A DNA stretch of 64,000 nucleotides from Octopus vulgaris (lineage: Eukaryota): positions 224,936,001 through 225,000,000 of the forward strand of contig OX597814.1 of assembly GCA_951406725.2 (NCBI GenBank). Reading direction: 5' to 3'. The position numbers were made by a program, and so were the translations under genes. The notes beneath the pieces were generated by a model. The model did not search any database and was not told where the DNA came from. It saw only the letters and a program-made list of their open reading frames with translations. Below are positions 30,290-43,655 of the stretch, one piece after another (position 1 is the stretch's first letter; each line of letters begins with the position of its first letter).

Positions 30290-30720
30290 ACTAACAGCTG
30301 AGCCCGGTTTCACCTGGTCGGTTTGGATGATGTGGTTGTAAAACCTGCTCTGTGTAAGCATTCGACTTGTTTGGGCATACTTACATTAAAAAACAATTTT
30401 AAAATGGCTTTTTTCTGTTAAAACGCTAAAAATAACAGACCAAAAAAAAAAGACAACCCAATAATAAGCGAACAAAGATGAACCATCTCACTTCCATTGC
30501 GCGCACACGCATACACACACACACACTCACATCCCCCCCTTTACATAAACACACACGCACATATATTCACACAGTGTTGAAACGCTGTTTATTATTTTTT
30601 TCAGCGTACAATTTTCATCATCCCACTACCAAGTATGACGTCACCGCTTCCTTTCTTATTCATCTATCGCCCCTTCCTTTCGCATTCATAAACACAAGAG
30701 TATTATTATATTATATTATC
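30290..30720 (-). mobile_element. Possible non-autonomous Helitron
   Basis: One end reads actaac plus a GC hairpin (gcccggtttcacctggtc) and the other tattattatattata. It has an internal microsatellite. Confidence 0.4.
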
Positions 30721-30859
30721 TTGTTAACCATGGGAGCTATGAAAAAGAAAATATAAACCCAGTATCACCACCGGATCATTCTACACATCTGTAATATGCA
30801 ATTCCACCCAGCCATTTGACCGTGAATCCCAAGACCAGAAAGAATCGCCTATGTCAAAT

Positions 30860-30880
30860 TTATGTATGTATGTATGTATG

Positions 30881-30912
<32 letters not shown>

Positions 30913-31289
30913 AATGTATGTATGTATGTATGTATGTATGTATGAATGTATGTATGTATGTATGAATGTATGTATGTATGTATGTATGTATGTATGAATG
31001 TATGTATGTATGTATGTATGTATGTATGTATGAATGTATGTATGTATGTATGCATGTATGTATGTATGTATGTATGTATGTATGTATGTATGTATGTATG
31101 TATGTATGTATGTATGTATGTATGTATGTATGAATGTATGTATGTATGTATGTATGTATGTATGTATGTATGTATGTATGAATGTATGTATGTATGTATG
31201 TATGTATGTATGTATGTATGTATGTATGTATGTATGTATGTATGTATGTATGTATGTATGTATGTATGTATGTATGTATGTATGTATGT
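30860..31289. repeat. (TATG)n microsatellite with TGAA variants
   Basis: Direct reading. Confidence 0.95.
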
Positions 31290-31550
31290 ACAGAAAGGGA
31301 CGCAGAAAAAAAAACAAGGAGAGAAAAAACATTTGTCCGGCACTAGTCGCCATGATAGATCGTTAGCCACTACACACAGTTTTTTCTCTCCTTGTTTCTC
31401 TCCTTGTTTTTTTCTGTGTCCCTTTCTGTAGAAGAGCGTAAGCTCGAAACGTAAGATACTTTTTCTATTCCTGAGCGTTATACTTATACATCTGTTTGTT
31501 TTGTACACCACCTGTCTTCGTCTTTTGTTTTTTGTTTCGTAAACTCTCCC
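31290..31550 (+). mobile_element. Short HHR-like element with inverted 5' tail
   Basis: CTGTAGA-agagcgtaagctc-GAAA-cg-TA (31426-53). Segment 31290-31330 is the inverse of about 31379-31428. Confidence 0.65.
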
Positions 31551-31749
31551 TATATATATCACACACTCACGTGGTCGCACTTGTTGATCCTATCTTCTCT
31601 CACCACTACGAACTTCTCCACTGAACTCTTTATTTACTCTTCCTAAACCATTTACGGATTCGTTTGGATACTTACCCTCCGGCTCCACCTCTCATACACA
31701 CGGATCACAGTGGACTCTACTCTTGATATGTATGTATATATATATATGC

Positions 31750-32330
31750 AGAAATGGGTACAGGACGCCACCAACAGTAAACAACATGAAATACCAAGAC
31801 AAATGCGTTCAATATGCAAACAACGATGGAAACAAGTAGAAAACAGGACAAGCAGCACAAAGAACGATCCATTATCAGTTGTCAGTTGCCTATCTACTCC
31901 TCATAACGAGTCTTCGAAGACAGTTGCTCCAATAAATACCAAAGTAAAATTTTGGATTTATGGAGGATCAAAGTTGGGAACAAAAAGCAGGACAGTGGGG
32001 ACACGGAACGAAAGCAAATATGGAGTGACGTTAGACCAGAACGATGGTAAAATATCGAACGCTAGAGAAATATCTTCTTTGAGAGGAGAAAAGATAGAAG
32101 AGAGAGATAGAACAAGTACAGTCCTTGGGACAGTCCTGAAAGAAAAAAAAGATGGTCACGTAAGGAAAAGAAAGATGGACGATGATCACATGTGAGCAAC
32201 GAAAGAAAGAAAAAAGAGAAAGAGGAGGAAAGCGAGACAGATAGGAAACGGTGAAGGAGAGAAAAGGAAATTAGAGAAAAGGATAGGAGAGAAAACAGTA
32301 TAGAGTAGAGTCGCATCAAAAAGATTAAGA
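31750..32330 (-). repeat. Dispersed pyrimidine-rich repeat family (other copies about 4300-4590 and 45630-46062)
   Basis: Shared ttgttcc(c/a)aac(g/t)ttga(c/t)cctc(c/t)ataaat and collinear flanks. The 45.9-kb copy has a doubtful TTGAAGA..GAAA motif. Confidence 0.7.
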
Positions 32331-32346
32331 TAAACTTATTTGGAAA

Positions 32347-32574
32347 TGGCGAGCTGGCAGAAACGTTAGCGCGCCGGGTGAAATGCTTAGCGGTATTTCG
32401 TCTGTCGTTACGTTCTGAGTTCAAATTCCGCCGAGGTAGACTTTGCCTTTCATCCTTTCGGGGTCGATAAATAAAGTACCAGTTTCGCACTGGGTCGATG
32501 TAATCGAGTTAATCCCTTTGTCTGTCCTTGTTTGTCCCCTCTATGTTTAGCCCCTTGTGGGTAGTAAAGAAATA
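32347..32574 (+). mobile_element. SINE family C
   Basis: Collinear with 28524-28764. Confidence 0.9.
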
Positions 32575-32636
32575 TATTTGGAAATGGTAATATAAATAAA
32601 TAATAATCAAATAGTAATATAAATAAATAATATATA

Positions 32637-32692
<56 letters not shown>

Positions 32693-34608
32693 TGTTATAT
32701 GGATCTATATGAAGGTGGCAAGCTGGCAGAAACGCTAGCACGCCGGACAGAATGCTTAGCGGCATTTCGATCGTCGTTACGTTCTGACTTCAAATTCCGA
32801 CAAGGTCGACATTGCCTTTCATCCTTTCGAAGTTGATGAAAATGGTAGCAGTTGAGCCCCGAGGTCGATGTAATCGACTAGCCGCCCTCCTACAAGATTT
32901 CAGAAAGGGTTATAGATACCGGTATGTCTGCGTCTATAGTTATGTGCCTGTAGTAACCATACGGAGTATATTTATATTTAACATTATATCTTCTTTTCTT
33001 TCACCAGAAACGTCCTAGAAAACAGCTTATACAACAACGAATATTGACTTATTGATTGTTCCACTGGAAATGCCTCACTTTTCTCTGAGTAGTTGTTTAC
33101 TTTTCATACATTTGTCTTTCGTCTTTGTCATTTACCAATATATCAAGCAAGCCATGTAACTCCTTTAGGTCATAGGATCACTACTAACGTCGTCATCATT
33201 ATGCAACGTATCAAATTACTTTAGCCTGTCAAGCTGCGACCTTAGCATATTTTACCACAGTAACATCGAGGAAACAACTTGTAACTTTTAGAGATTGCCT
33301 CTTCTTGCAGCAGTGGTTTTATATTTTCAACAGGACAGGACACGTCAGTTACAGAGCTGCTGTTATTTATTTCTTTGGTCTTGTGTTTGGATCTGAGCCC
33401 ATTGCCGTCGCATACCCTCTGAAACCGGAGTGATGCGATGCAGTTAACCGATGAACATTTGTAAATCGGCCACAGAAAGAAAAAAACGGGAACATGTACG
33501 GAGAGAAAATTTAATAGGATAATCATCTAAGGGATTTAATGATGTTGTGGCTAAGCCTGGGATTAACCACATGAGTGTAGATTTAAATATGGACGACGCG
33601 AGGAGGAGAGTTGTGGAAGAGCCCGAATATACCAACCAACCAACCAACCAACCAACCAATCAACTAGCGTCGCTCACTCCAGCCAGCCAGCCAGCCAGCC
33701 AACCAGCCAGCCAGCCAACCAACCAGCTAGCTGGACAGCCAGTCAGCTAGTCAAATCCAAAGGTCACTATAGTGCGGGTAGGAAAAGTGAGAGAAGAGAC
33801 GGGACATCTTTCAAGAAGACATTGGTGTACCTTGAAGAGAGACTTGATGCCGACCATTCGAGTTACCATTTTTTCTGCACTGTCTTGAATAAGGAAATAG
33901 TTTAATATATTTCGGCCACAAGCACAACACACCGAACTGAATTCCCTAACGCAAAGGGACATAATAATAAATGCTCTTCTATTCCAATGCTCTTCTATTC
34001 CATTCTACCATCCACGCATCATATTTGGTAAACCAAGATCTGAAATTCTGGAGACTGAGGTTATTTGATGGCATCGATCTCAGGGCATAACTGATACTTT
34101 ATTTGATCGGACTTGACAGGATTTGAACAAATGTGGTTAAGTATTATCCACAACTATGAAAGTATATATAAAATATAGAAGAATTATTTATAAATCAAAT
34201 GATATTTCAACAGCGTATCGTCACATCGATGCATAGAGAACATGACCTCTGTTAGCAACACACTTTTAGCTTATCTTTTTGTTTAGACATTACACACACA
34301 CACACACACACATTCAGGTAATTGTCCCAGATACATAATACACGTTGTACAATGATATTAGACACACACGTTTGAACATGTGCGCAAAATTTGGAAGTTA
34401 AGAGAGATAGACAGTCCTTTTACATGTTTGTCTTTCTCTCTCACTCGCCCTCTCTCACTTTCCCTCTGTATATACTGATATGCATATATGTGTGACTGTG
34501 TGCGTGCGTATGTGTGTATGTTCATATATATATATATGGTTATACGTTCTATGGATATATGTTTCTCAGTGTATATACGTGTGTGAATGTGTGTCTGTAT
34601 GTGTGTGT

Positions 34609-34664
<56 letters not shown>

Positions 34665-34752
34665 ATCGACTGGCAATGTCGCGTCGTTAGAGTGTTGTGA
34701 TATTAATCCAAATCTCTGCGATGTGAGTTCATATCTTACCGAGGTCCATGCT

Positions 34753-35055
34753 GTGGAGGCACATGGCCTAGTGGTTAGAGCAGCAGATTTGCAGTCGAAG
34801 GATCGCAGGTTCGAATCTCAGACCGGGTGATGTGTGTGTTTATGCGCGAAACACCTAAGCTCCTCGCGGCTCCGGTAGGAGGTAATGGCGAACTTCTACT
34901 GACTCTTTCGCCACAACTTTCTCTCACTCTTTTCTCCTGCATCTTGCAGCTCACCTGCGACGGACTGGCGTCCCGTCCAGGTAGGGAACCTATACGCCAA
35001 GGAAACCGCGGGAAACCGGCCCTTATGAGCCAGACATGGCTCGAGAAGGAACATG
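34753..35055 (+). mobile_element. SINE with family-D head and a different tail
   Basis: 12-bp TSD gaggtccatgct. It is inserted into an old SINE C. Confidence 0.88.
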
Positions 35056-35302
35056 GAGGTCCATGCTACCTTTCATTCCACTGTGTGAGGCAAATACTAA
35101 ATTAAACCAAACAAAAAGTACAAAACCCTTCAGCTTTCTCATGCTGTATTTACTATTAAGCCAGGACCTGAAGAGGTGAGAAGGTACAGGTGTCATTGCT
35201 TGTTAGTACATGGTCCTAAAATAAATTAGAAGACATGCTACATGCCACTAAGTCATAGTCGCTCGCGAGTGGCTGCTGTAGACTGTACACATACGCGGGC
35301 GC

Positions 35303-35354
<52 letters not shown>

Positions 35355-35426
35355 ATATATGCATATATGTATATGTTCATATATTTATATGTATGTATGT
35401 ATATATATATCTATATATATATATAT

Positions 35427-35600
35427 GGGGGAGGAATTCACAAAAAACAAAAGACGAAGACGGGTGGTGTAGACAAGAAACAGATGTATTAGTATAACGC
35501 TCGGGAAATAAAAAAAAGTCTTTAACGTTTCGAGCCTACGCTCTTGCACAGAAGAAATGCAGAAAGAAACAAGAAGAGAAAATAAAGAATGCGAGTATGC
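35427..35600 (-). mobile_element. Short HHR-like element, same family as 31.4 and 60.4 kb
   Basis: Minus strand CTGTGCA-agagcgtaggctc-GAAACGTT-aaagac (35519-35556). Confidence 0.6.
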
Positions 35601-35653
35601 ATATATGTATATACATGCATTTCCACAAATCGCATAACGTTTGAGATCAGAAC

Positions 35654-36060
35654 CCGTACTGCTGGGATGGTTACAGCGTAGTCCGTAGTATCCGTGGGCA
35701 TCCTGTTGATCACCATCATTGATTCATTTCTTCAGGCGATATAACATTAGTGGGTGCACCACAGAGGGATGCTTCTCATTTTTTACCAGCATGAAGGTCA
35801 AACGAGTTATCAAGGTCAAAATCGCTTGACCTTCATACGGGTAATAAAGAAGAAACATCCCTCTGTGTTACATCCACTAATGTTATATCGCCTGAAGAAA
35901 TGAATCAATGATGGTGATCAACAGGATGCCCACGGATACTACGGACTATACTGTGATCATCCCTGAAATACGGACTGTGTCATATGAATTGAGGAAACGC
36001 GCGTAGCGATGTATTAAATTTTTATAAAGCCCATGCTAGGATTCTTGGTCTAATTATTAT
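35654..36060 (+). mobile_element. Fold-back element with a long-stem-II HHR
   Basis: Arms about 35654-35805 and 35822-35973. Motif atatcgc-CTGAAGA(35892-98)...GAAA(35994-97)-cgcgcg-TA-gcgatgt. Confidence 0.72.
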
Positions 36061-36064
36061 TATC

Positions 36065-36104
<40 letters not shown>

Positions 36105-36139
36105 ATGTGTGTGTGTGTGTGTGTGTATAAATACATACG

Positions 36140-36287
36140 TACTGCTATGTGGTAAGAAGCTTGCTTCCCAATCACATGTTTCTGGGTTTAGTCCCACCTC
36201 GTGGCACCTTGGACAAGTGGCTTCTACTATAGCCTCGGGCCAACCAAGGCCTAGTGAGTGGATTTGATTGACTGAAAGAAGCCCGTC

Positions 36288-36330
<43 letters not shown>

Positions 36331-36498
36331 TATGTTTGTGTGTCTGTGTTTATCCCCCCCCCGATGCTGGTGTGTTTACGCCCCCGTCATCTAGCGGTTC
36401 GGTAAGAGAGACCGATAGAATAAGTACTAGTCGATTTGTTTGACTAAACGTGGTGTTCCAGCATGGCCGCAGTCAAATGACTAAAAGAAGAAAAAGAA
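36140..36498 (+). mobile_element. SINE family B
   Basis: Collinear with 22556-22970. Confidence 0.85.
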
Positions 36499-36629
36499 TA
36501 TATATGTATATATGAACGTGCGTATGCGCGCTTGCGCGTGTGTATATTTTAAATTTCAAGTACAATAAATTAACTCCATTTATAAAAGTGATTTTTTTCT
36601 TTTTTTTTTCTTCTTTTTGTTATCCTTAA

Positions 36630-36900
36630 CCTTTAAACTGCAGACATCATCAATTGATGTTTCAGAAAATTTCACACAGATACAGCCATTATCAAATGAA
36701 AGTGAATATTTTACGGTACTTTTAGATAATGAGATTATAAATTTTATTGTGTGGGAGACTAACAAGTATTACAGATTCTGTACTGATATAAAGTGAAAAT
36801 AAGTATAAAATGATTACACTCTTATTAAAAAAAGTGATATTTTTTGTTCTTTGCCTGTTTAGCACGCACATTTATGCAACCTTTTCCCGCTGTTTAAGGG
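36630..36900. mobile_element. piggyBac-like MITE
   Basis: TTAA-cctttaaactgcag ... ccgctgtttaaggg-TTAA. Confidence 0.7.
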
Positions 36901-37415
36901 TTAAACTTGTTTTAAAATAATAATCTTTTCTTAAAAGTTACGCACACACACACATACATACATGTGCTTGCGCAATTCATGAAATTAGGATGTCACCTTT
37001 TCACCTACTTTTTTCCTAATCGGTCCCCCTCTTTCTTCTCTCTCTCACTTTCATTCTTTCTCTCTTAGCTTCTCTTTTTCCATATTCATCTTTCTTTTTC
37101 TATTTCATGCTTAACGTTTCCTTTTGTTATTTCCGTTTGAAGCTTCCCTATATATTGTCAATATGAAGCGAATAAAAAGTGCAATGCGTCAAACATACTT
37201 TTACTTTCGTATATTATATCATCGCTGGAACTGGAATCATTGTTGCCCACATTTACATTATGCGGACGTTTGTTTCTTTAGTCAGTATTTGTCGGGTTTA
37301 AAATTCAAATTTAAAATTAAAACATACATACATACATACATACATACATACATACATACATACATACATACATACATACATACATACATACATACATTAA
37401 TACATACACACAACG

Positions 37416-37895
37416 AAATGTTAGCGCTAAGCAGTGTTTAGGCATACGCAGAATTTAACGTTAGTTGAAATATGGTTGTGACATATTTCAACGGCTAAAA
37501 GGCAAATACACTGCAGTCATCGTGGAGAATACATCTTTCTTATAGTAAAAAGGTATGAAAACACTCGGTTCGTTCAGTGTCACCATTTATTAGGAACCCG
37601 AGACATCGATGTTTCAAGCCTCTTGGCTCTTGTCAATGAGATGTACCTAAGAGAGGCAACTCCGCACAAACTTATAAAGTCAAAAACGTTGACTGATTTG
37701 CGATAGTGGATCGCCCGATCAAGGAAAGTAACTAAACGTTAGCGCTAAGCAGTGTTTAGACATACGTAGAATTTAGGTTAGTTGAAATGTTTGTGACAAA
37801 TTTCAACTGATAAAAGACAAAAACACTGCAGTTACCGTGGTAAAAAGGTGTGAAAACACCCGGTCACAAACATATTTCAACTAACCTAAATACTG
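37416..37895 (-). mobile_element. Partial tandem repeat (period about 320 bp) with inverted tail and decayed HHR
   Basis: gttagcgctaagcagtgttta recurs near 37420 and 37738, with an inverted tail at 37863-37890. Minus strand ctca-TTGACAA-gagccaagaggctt-GAAA-catcgatg-TC-tcggg (37597-37643). Confidence 0.65.
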
Positions 37896-38229
37896 TATAT
37901 GTATATATCTGTGTTTGTGTATGAGTAAATGTACTCGTATGGATATGCGGCCTAGTGATTATGGTGATACAGACTGGAACAAAAAGTGGGTGAGTCCGAT
38001 ATTTGAACAGGGCAACGCGTTTTGTCCTTGAACGTGATATATCATTTCCCTTTATCATAGACTACTCAGCTCAAACGTGTGGTATCCGGGCTCTGGTACA
38101 GCTTCTCTGCTTGAGCTTTCACATCCTCTATGTTCATTTGGGTCAAAGAGGAAAGTACTATGAAGCTGTTTATATAAGCTAGCTACTAAGTAGACACCTA
38201 AAACAATAACAGAAAGTATATACTTAGAC

Positions 38230-38557
38230 CTGGGCCGGCGAACCTGAGGCTCGTGGGCCGCATGCGGCTCGCAGACTTTTATCATGCTGCCGATTGATAC
38301 TATCTTGAAATGGGTTTATTTAAACAAACATTTAAAAATTTTTTATCAAAAATTAAAGATTGTAATGAAAATATAAGAAGAAAGATACTGTTTTTGCAAC
38401 GATAATATTTGATGTTAAATCAACGATCATTCACTCATTATTTTAATAACAGCATGAGAAAGCAAAAGGCTTTCAATTCTGTCTGTATACAAGCGGCCCC
38501 CAAAAAATTTTCTGTGATTAAAGTGGCCCGCAATGTAATTCCAGTTGGCTAGGCCTG
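38230..38557. mobile_element. hAT MITE
   Basis: TIRs ctgggccggcgaac and gttggctaggcctg, 8-bp TSD acttagac/gcttagac, GCGGCC subterminal motifs. Confidence 0.85.
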
Positions 38558-38956
38558 GCTTAGACCGACTGCGTTCTGCTGAATTCCGTGTCTGATCATC
38601 TCGCTTAACACGCTTGATTTACGCGGAAATTTATTCATAACTTCTACAGTATAATTGTAGAGTAAAACTGAATCTGGTAGGTTATATAATACATTGGACA
38701 ACTGGCAAGAAAGTCAATGGTTTGTACTCTGTGTCCCGTGTCCTGCACTGCATTATGTTACATTGATTGCATAACGGCTGACAGACTCCTCACCGGTTAG
38801 GTCTAACAAGTTGAATGCTTGTTTATATCATGATTAGGTAGATCATATTGGAAGTCAATGAGCGATTCCAAACTTGCTAGAAAGAGCAACCAAATAGTCC
38901 TCAACTCACATCCTACAGTCTTAAAAAATAACGAAATAGATGGGCAATACAGTTAT

Positions 38957-39050
<94 letters not shown>

Positions 39051-39140
39051 CAAACAGACAGAGAAAGCGAGGGAGATGGATGGAGGGAGGGAGAGAGAGA
39101 AAGAGAGAGAGAGGGAGATAGAAAGAGGGTAAAAAGAAGA

Positions 39141-39478
39141 GATCCCCTTCGGTAATGAATGACCGTGGGATTGCACCTAGAAAGTACCCCTCCAAGGTAC
39201 AAGTCCAGGTCACGTTGTTTATGGAAGGCCTACAGTCGCCCATGCATACCAGTCTCACCTCTCCATGACACCGTTGGTATCCAAGAGATAGGCAAAGGCA
39301 AAGGCTGTTACAGCGTGGCATTAGTAACGTCGGAACCCATTTCTACAGCTGAGTGAACTGAAGCAACGTGAAATAAAGTGTCTTGCTCAAGAACACAACA
39401 AACACCCCGGTCCGGAAATCGAACTCACTACCTCATGATTGTGAGGCTGTCGCTCTCACTACTGAGCCATGCGACTTC
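39141..39478 (-). mobile_element. SINE family A
   Basis: Collinear with 479-810. Confidence 0.9.
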
Positions 39479-39481
39479 ATG

Positions 39482-39598
39482 AAAAAAATCATATGGAACG
39501 CTTCACGAATTTGCGTGCCATCGTTGCGCAAGGGCCATGCTAATCTCTTCTGTATCGTTCCAATTTTAGAATATGTATAGCCGAAGCTATGTAAGTAC
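39482..39598 (-). pseudogene. U6: U6 snRNA copy, probably a pseudogene
   Basis: Minus strand gcttcggc..catattctaaaattggaacgatacagaagagattagcatggcccttgcgcaacgatggcacgcaaattcgtgaagcgttccatat, then a T-run. The ACAGAGA box is altered. Confidence 0.93.
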
Positions 39599-39976
39599 TA
39601 TGTATATACATATGCCAAAAGCTGAGGTGATCAAGGCTGAAATGCCTGTGACGATGGACCAACTTTATGATTTTGCAGTGACCTTAGATCAGCTTAATCA
39701 GAACTAACAGGGTATTTAGTATCCCTTGCCAGGGATACTGAATATACTTTTTTTCTCCAAACCTGATGTTGTGCTCCTCCTTCTCCCACTCCTATAATGT
39801 GAGGCACTCCTCCACGAATGTTTCCCACTATTTCCTCCAGGGATAATCTTTATATTTATCCATCCGGTCAAGTGACTTGCCCAGTTCAATGCAACTCTTT
39901 TTCGCCAAATGTCCCGATTTTCAATTGCACCACTTTATTTCTTCAACCTGGTATCCAGTGTCTATGTGTGTGTATA

Positions 39977-40012
<36 letters not shown>

Positions 40013-41598
40013 TGTATGTATGTATGTATGTATATAAGGAAAATAAGACAAATTAGAATTTTTTTCTACCCAGTGTCACTTACATAATATGTGTTGACCA
40101 TAATACATGTTAACCTCATTACACTTCCTGATACTCTTTTTATTTACACTTCCATCCTACTGCTATCCTCTACCCTCCTCTGCTCCGGAAGTGATCTCTC
40201 TTGCTTTCCTTGTTACTGAGGTTACTGAGATTTCATATTTTTAGTTGGATTAACAAATTTTATCAAGTTGTTCAGAATATTTGTGTCTGCCCCAAATTTT
40301 CTTACCTTTTTCTTCTGTACAACGGAGGTTCTTCAATTGTATATTTGATGCTCTATGTGAATATCGCTGAACATTTAGAAATTGGCTTCCCAATCAAAGC
40401 GTTTCGATTTCGATCCCAGAGAATGACCTCTCAGGTAAGTTATATTTTTTTTCCATAGTGTCTGGTCAACATGTATTACGTGAGTGAAACTGAGTAGACA
40501 GAAACTTTACGGAAAACCATAAGATGCATTTCATCTGTAATGTGTGTCTTGTCACACATTGCATCGCGCTAATTTTGCCTAAGAACTACGGTAAGTTTAA
40601 AAACACTTTCTACGCTAATTCAACCACTTTTGTACGGTAATTCAATGAGTAGGTGATGCAATAGATCAGACATCTGAATACTCATCATTGAAACCGATGG
40701 ACATCCATAACAACTTTCCATTACATACGGTATAGTATTAGTCTGTGTGAAGTTAAGTGTAATAAACAGAAACATTCCCCAAATCAAGGTTCTAGGTAGT
40801 GACCTGATTCGCTTGAAACACCTTCTATATATCTCCCTTATATCATATTAACCCTACTGTTTAAAAAAATGTAACAGATGAGATGATCACGGCTGGAACA
40901 AATTTGATTGTAATGTCTTCTCATTCAAGACTAACAAAAGGGTTAAACAACAGCAAAGCCAGCAGTACGGTAGTGTACTGCTTTACCTTTACACACACAC
41001 ACACACACACACACACGCATGCGCGCAGAATCGTTCACTCGCTTGTATCAGTCAGACAAGCGAAGAATGGAAAAGAGTTATATGTTTATCCAATCCCACT
41101 TGAAGGGTACTTAACAACTTATCACCAAACTTACCAAGTTGCGCCAAGCAACCCAGCCTACATAACTATCCACCTATCTGCTTCCTTAGCAACTTAACCA
41201 AAGCATGCACAGGATTGTCGACACAAATATACACATCTATGTACATACATACATACATACATACATACATACATACATACATACATAATACTTCGTACAA
41301 ACATATATATATACATACATACGTAGATATATACATACGCACACACATATGTACCTATGCATGGATATATGTATTAGGTAAGTAGATAGGTAGGTAGGTA
41401 GGTTAGCAAGTAGGTATGTATGTATGTATGTATATGTATAAATGTACGTATGACTATCTGTGCATAATATGTAAGTATATATACACATATATATGCATAG
41501 AGATAGATAGATAGATTAACAGAGACGTACCTGCTAACTGCCTACCTGTCTACATACATACATACATACATACATACATACATACATACATACATACG

Positions 41599-41681
<83 letters not shown>

Positions 41682-41841
41682 GTACATATATACATACATA
41701 CGTTCATCCTTACATATACATAATTCACGTATGTACACAAATATACGTCTATTTAGACTTATACACGCTGACATTCATACACACACTCTCAAACACTCAC
41801 TAACACATGCATCACATTGTATACAGAAAAGCAATTTGTGG

Positions 41842-41904
<63 letters not shown>

Positions 41905-42349
41905 AAATGCTTCATCCTGATGATACGTCAGAGGAAAACCAATGCTGAGTGAGAAGAAATTCTCAGCGATTGGCGAATCAAAATGGTTGCTGTATTGTTA
42001 GGATGGTTATAGCTGCACCCGTTTCGGTGCTGTTGCTTTGCTAACGTACGACAAAAAGTATGTTACAGTTTCGTCCTAAAGAACCCCGGAATTCCCTGGT
42101 AGTATCAGTGCTGCTTGGCAGCGCTAATGTGACGAAACTATCGTAAAATGTCGATGTCGTTTTGATGTTCAGTCAACTGCTTATAAGTGAACTGTCGTGC
42201 AGTGAAAGGTGTATGTATAAATTTAATATATAAAAGTGTGTGTGTGTGTGTGTGTTCCTTATGGATTCGAAAACAGAGTTGCCGATTTTGACGTATGCGG
42301 CATCAAAAGATTCAGTAATCTTTCGGCTATCAAATAAACTTTATTTTCA

Positions 42350-42470
42350 TTTACTTATGGAAAACGACTTCGAGGCTGGATTTCAAAAGTGTCAGGAACG
42401 CTGGAACCGGTGTATTGCTGTGCAAAGTGGCTATTTGAAGGAGATGATGTTGAAACTTAGTTATAAATGA
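42350..42470 (+). pseudogene. Mariner transposase C-terminal fragment
   Basis: ENDFEAGFQKCQERWNRCIAVQSGY. Confidence 0.6.
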
Positions 42471-42509
42471 CTCTGTGTGTGTGTGTGTGTGTATGTGTGT
42501 GTAAGCACA

Positions 42510-43655
42510 CAGGGTGTAGTGAATATATTGTCGTCTAAACCAGTGCTTCTCAAACTATTTGATGTGGCGTACTGGCAGTTTTTTATCAATGTGCCAGGGA
42601 CCAGTAATATTTTTTAGTAATATTAATCTATACCGGAAACAATATATATAATGAATATAATAAAAGTTGACAATTTTTTAAATCTTATATCTATTTTGTA
42701 AACAAATAATACAATATTACTTAAGTATTTTATAATGTTTCTTTCTTTTCTGGAAACTCACCGCGTACCGGCAGCTGATGACCCGCGGACCGGCACCGGT
42801 TCGCTGACCGCCACTTTGAGTTGTACGCGAAAATGAAAATAACACTGACATCTCATTTTAATAAATATATTTACCAAAATTACATAAAAAATATCTTGAA
42901 ATACTAAAGAGTAAAATTTATTCAATAAAATCGCCATAGGCTTCAACCACGGCCTGCAGACGACTTCGGAATCTCCTGCAACTCTTGTGGATGGTCGCCT
43001 TTTTTTATTTTGATGAATGCTGCCATAATCTTTGGCCTCAGTTCATCTTTGGTATTACAAGGAGTTTTGTTGGTCCCTTGCCCAACTGCAACCCATATAA
43101 TAATCAGGGGGATTGCATCTGGGGAGTTAGGTGGCCAGATGTTAGGGGTGATGTGGTTATAGAAATTGTCTGACAGCCGTGACTGGGTTCTCCTGCTTGT
43201 GTGGCATGGTGCAGATTCTTGTTGCCAGACATAGGGTATTCCAGCAGCCACTCTCGTAACCCAGGGCGGTACTACATTCTCTAGGTACTTGATGTAGGCC
43301 TCCGTGTTGAGTCTGAGGCCGTGCGGGAAGATGAATGGAAACATAACGTCGCTATCACTAGTGATCATTCCAAACCGGATGTTTGATTTTTATCGTCCTC
43401 AGATTGCACTGTTCTCAGATAGAGATCCAAAGACTCTGAAATGTTCGTATTGGAGCTTCCGGTGCGAATGCCAACCAGTACAGCATGTCGTTTCCAAATT
43501 TCTGGCAGAGTGAATGGCGTCGTGGTGCTGTTTGTCTCACAGACGGTGCCCAACTGACCTTACTATACTGTGTAGTCGACAAAATCAAAAACAAGCAATA
43601 TGCTTGAGCGAAATTAAGAATATAAAATGGCGACCATTTACCCATCGCATCCTGT
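42510..43655 (-). mobile_element. DD37D (maT-like) Tc1/mariner fossil
   Basis: YVWQQ(E)SAPCHTS...WPPNSPD..PLDY gives 37-residue spacing after frameshift repair. Ends cagggtgtagtgaata and tttacccatcgcatcctg. Confidence 0.8.
42541..42821. mobile_element. hAT (Charlie-like) MITE nested in the maT end
   Basis: Starts CAGTGCTTCTCAAA after gtctaaac and ends CACTTTGAG with the right TIR truncated. Subtermini are GC-rich. Confidence 0.65.

Noticed and set aside
30636-30643. Isolated CRE sites (also near 52220 and 61885)
   Set aside because: Single sites inside mobile elements with no cluster.
42775-42835. CTGATGA...GAAA inside the hAT MITE
   Set aside because: No stem I or III pairing, and the motif spans two different elements.
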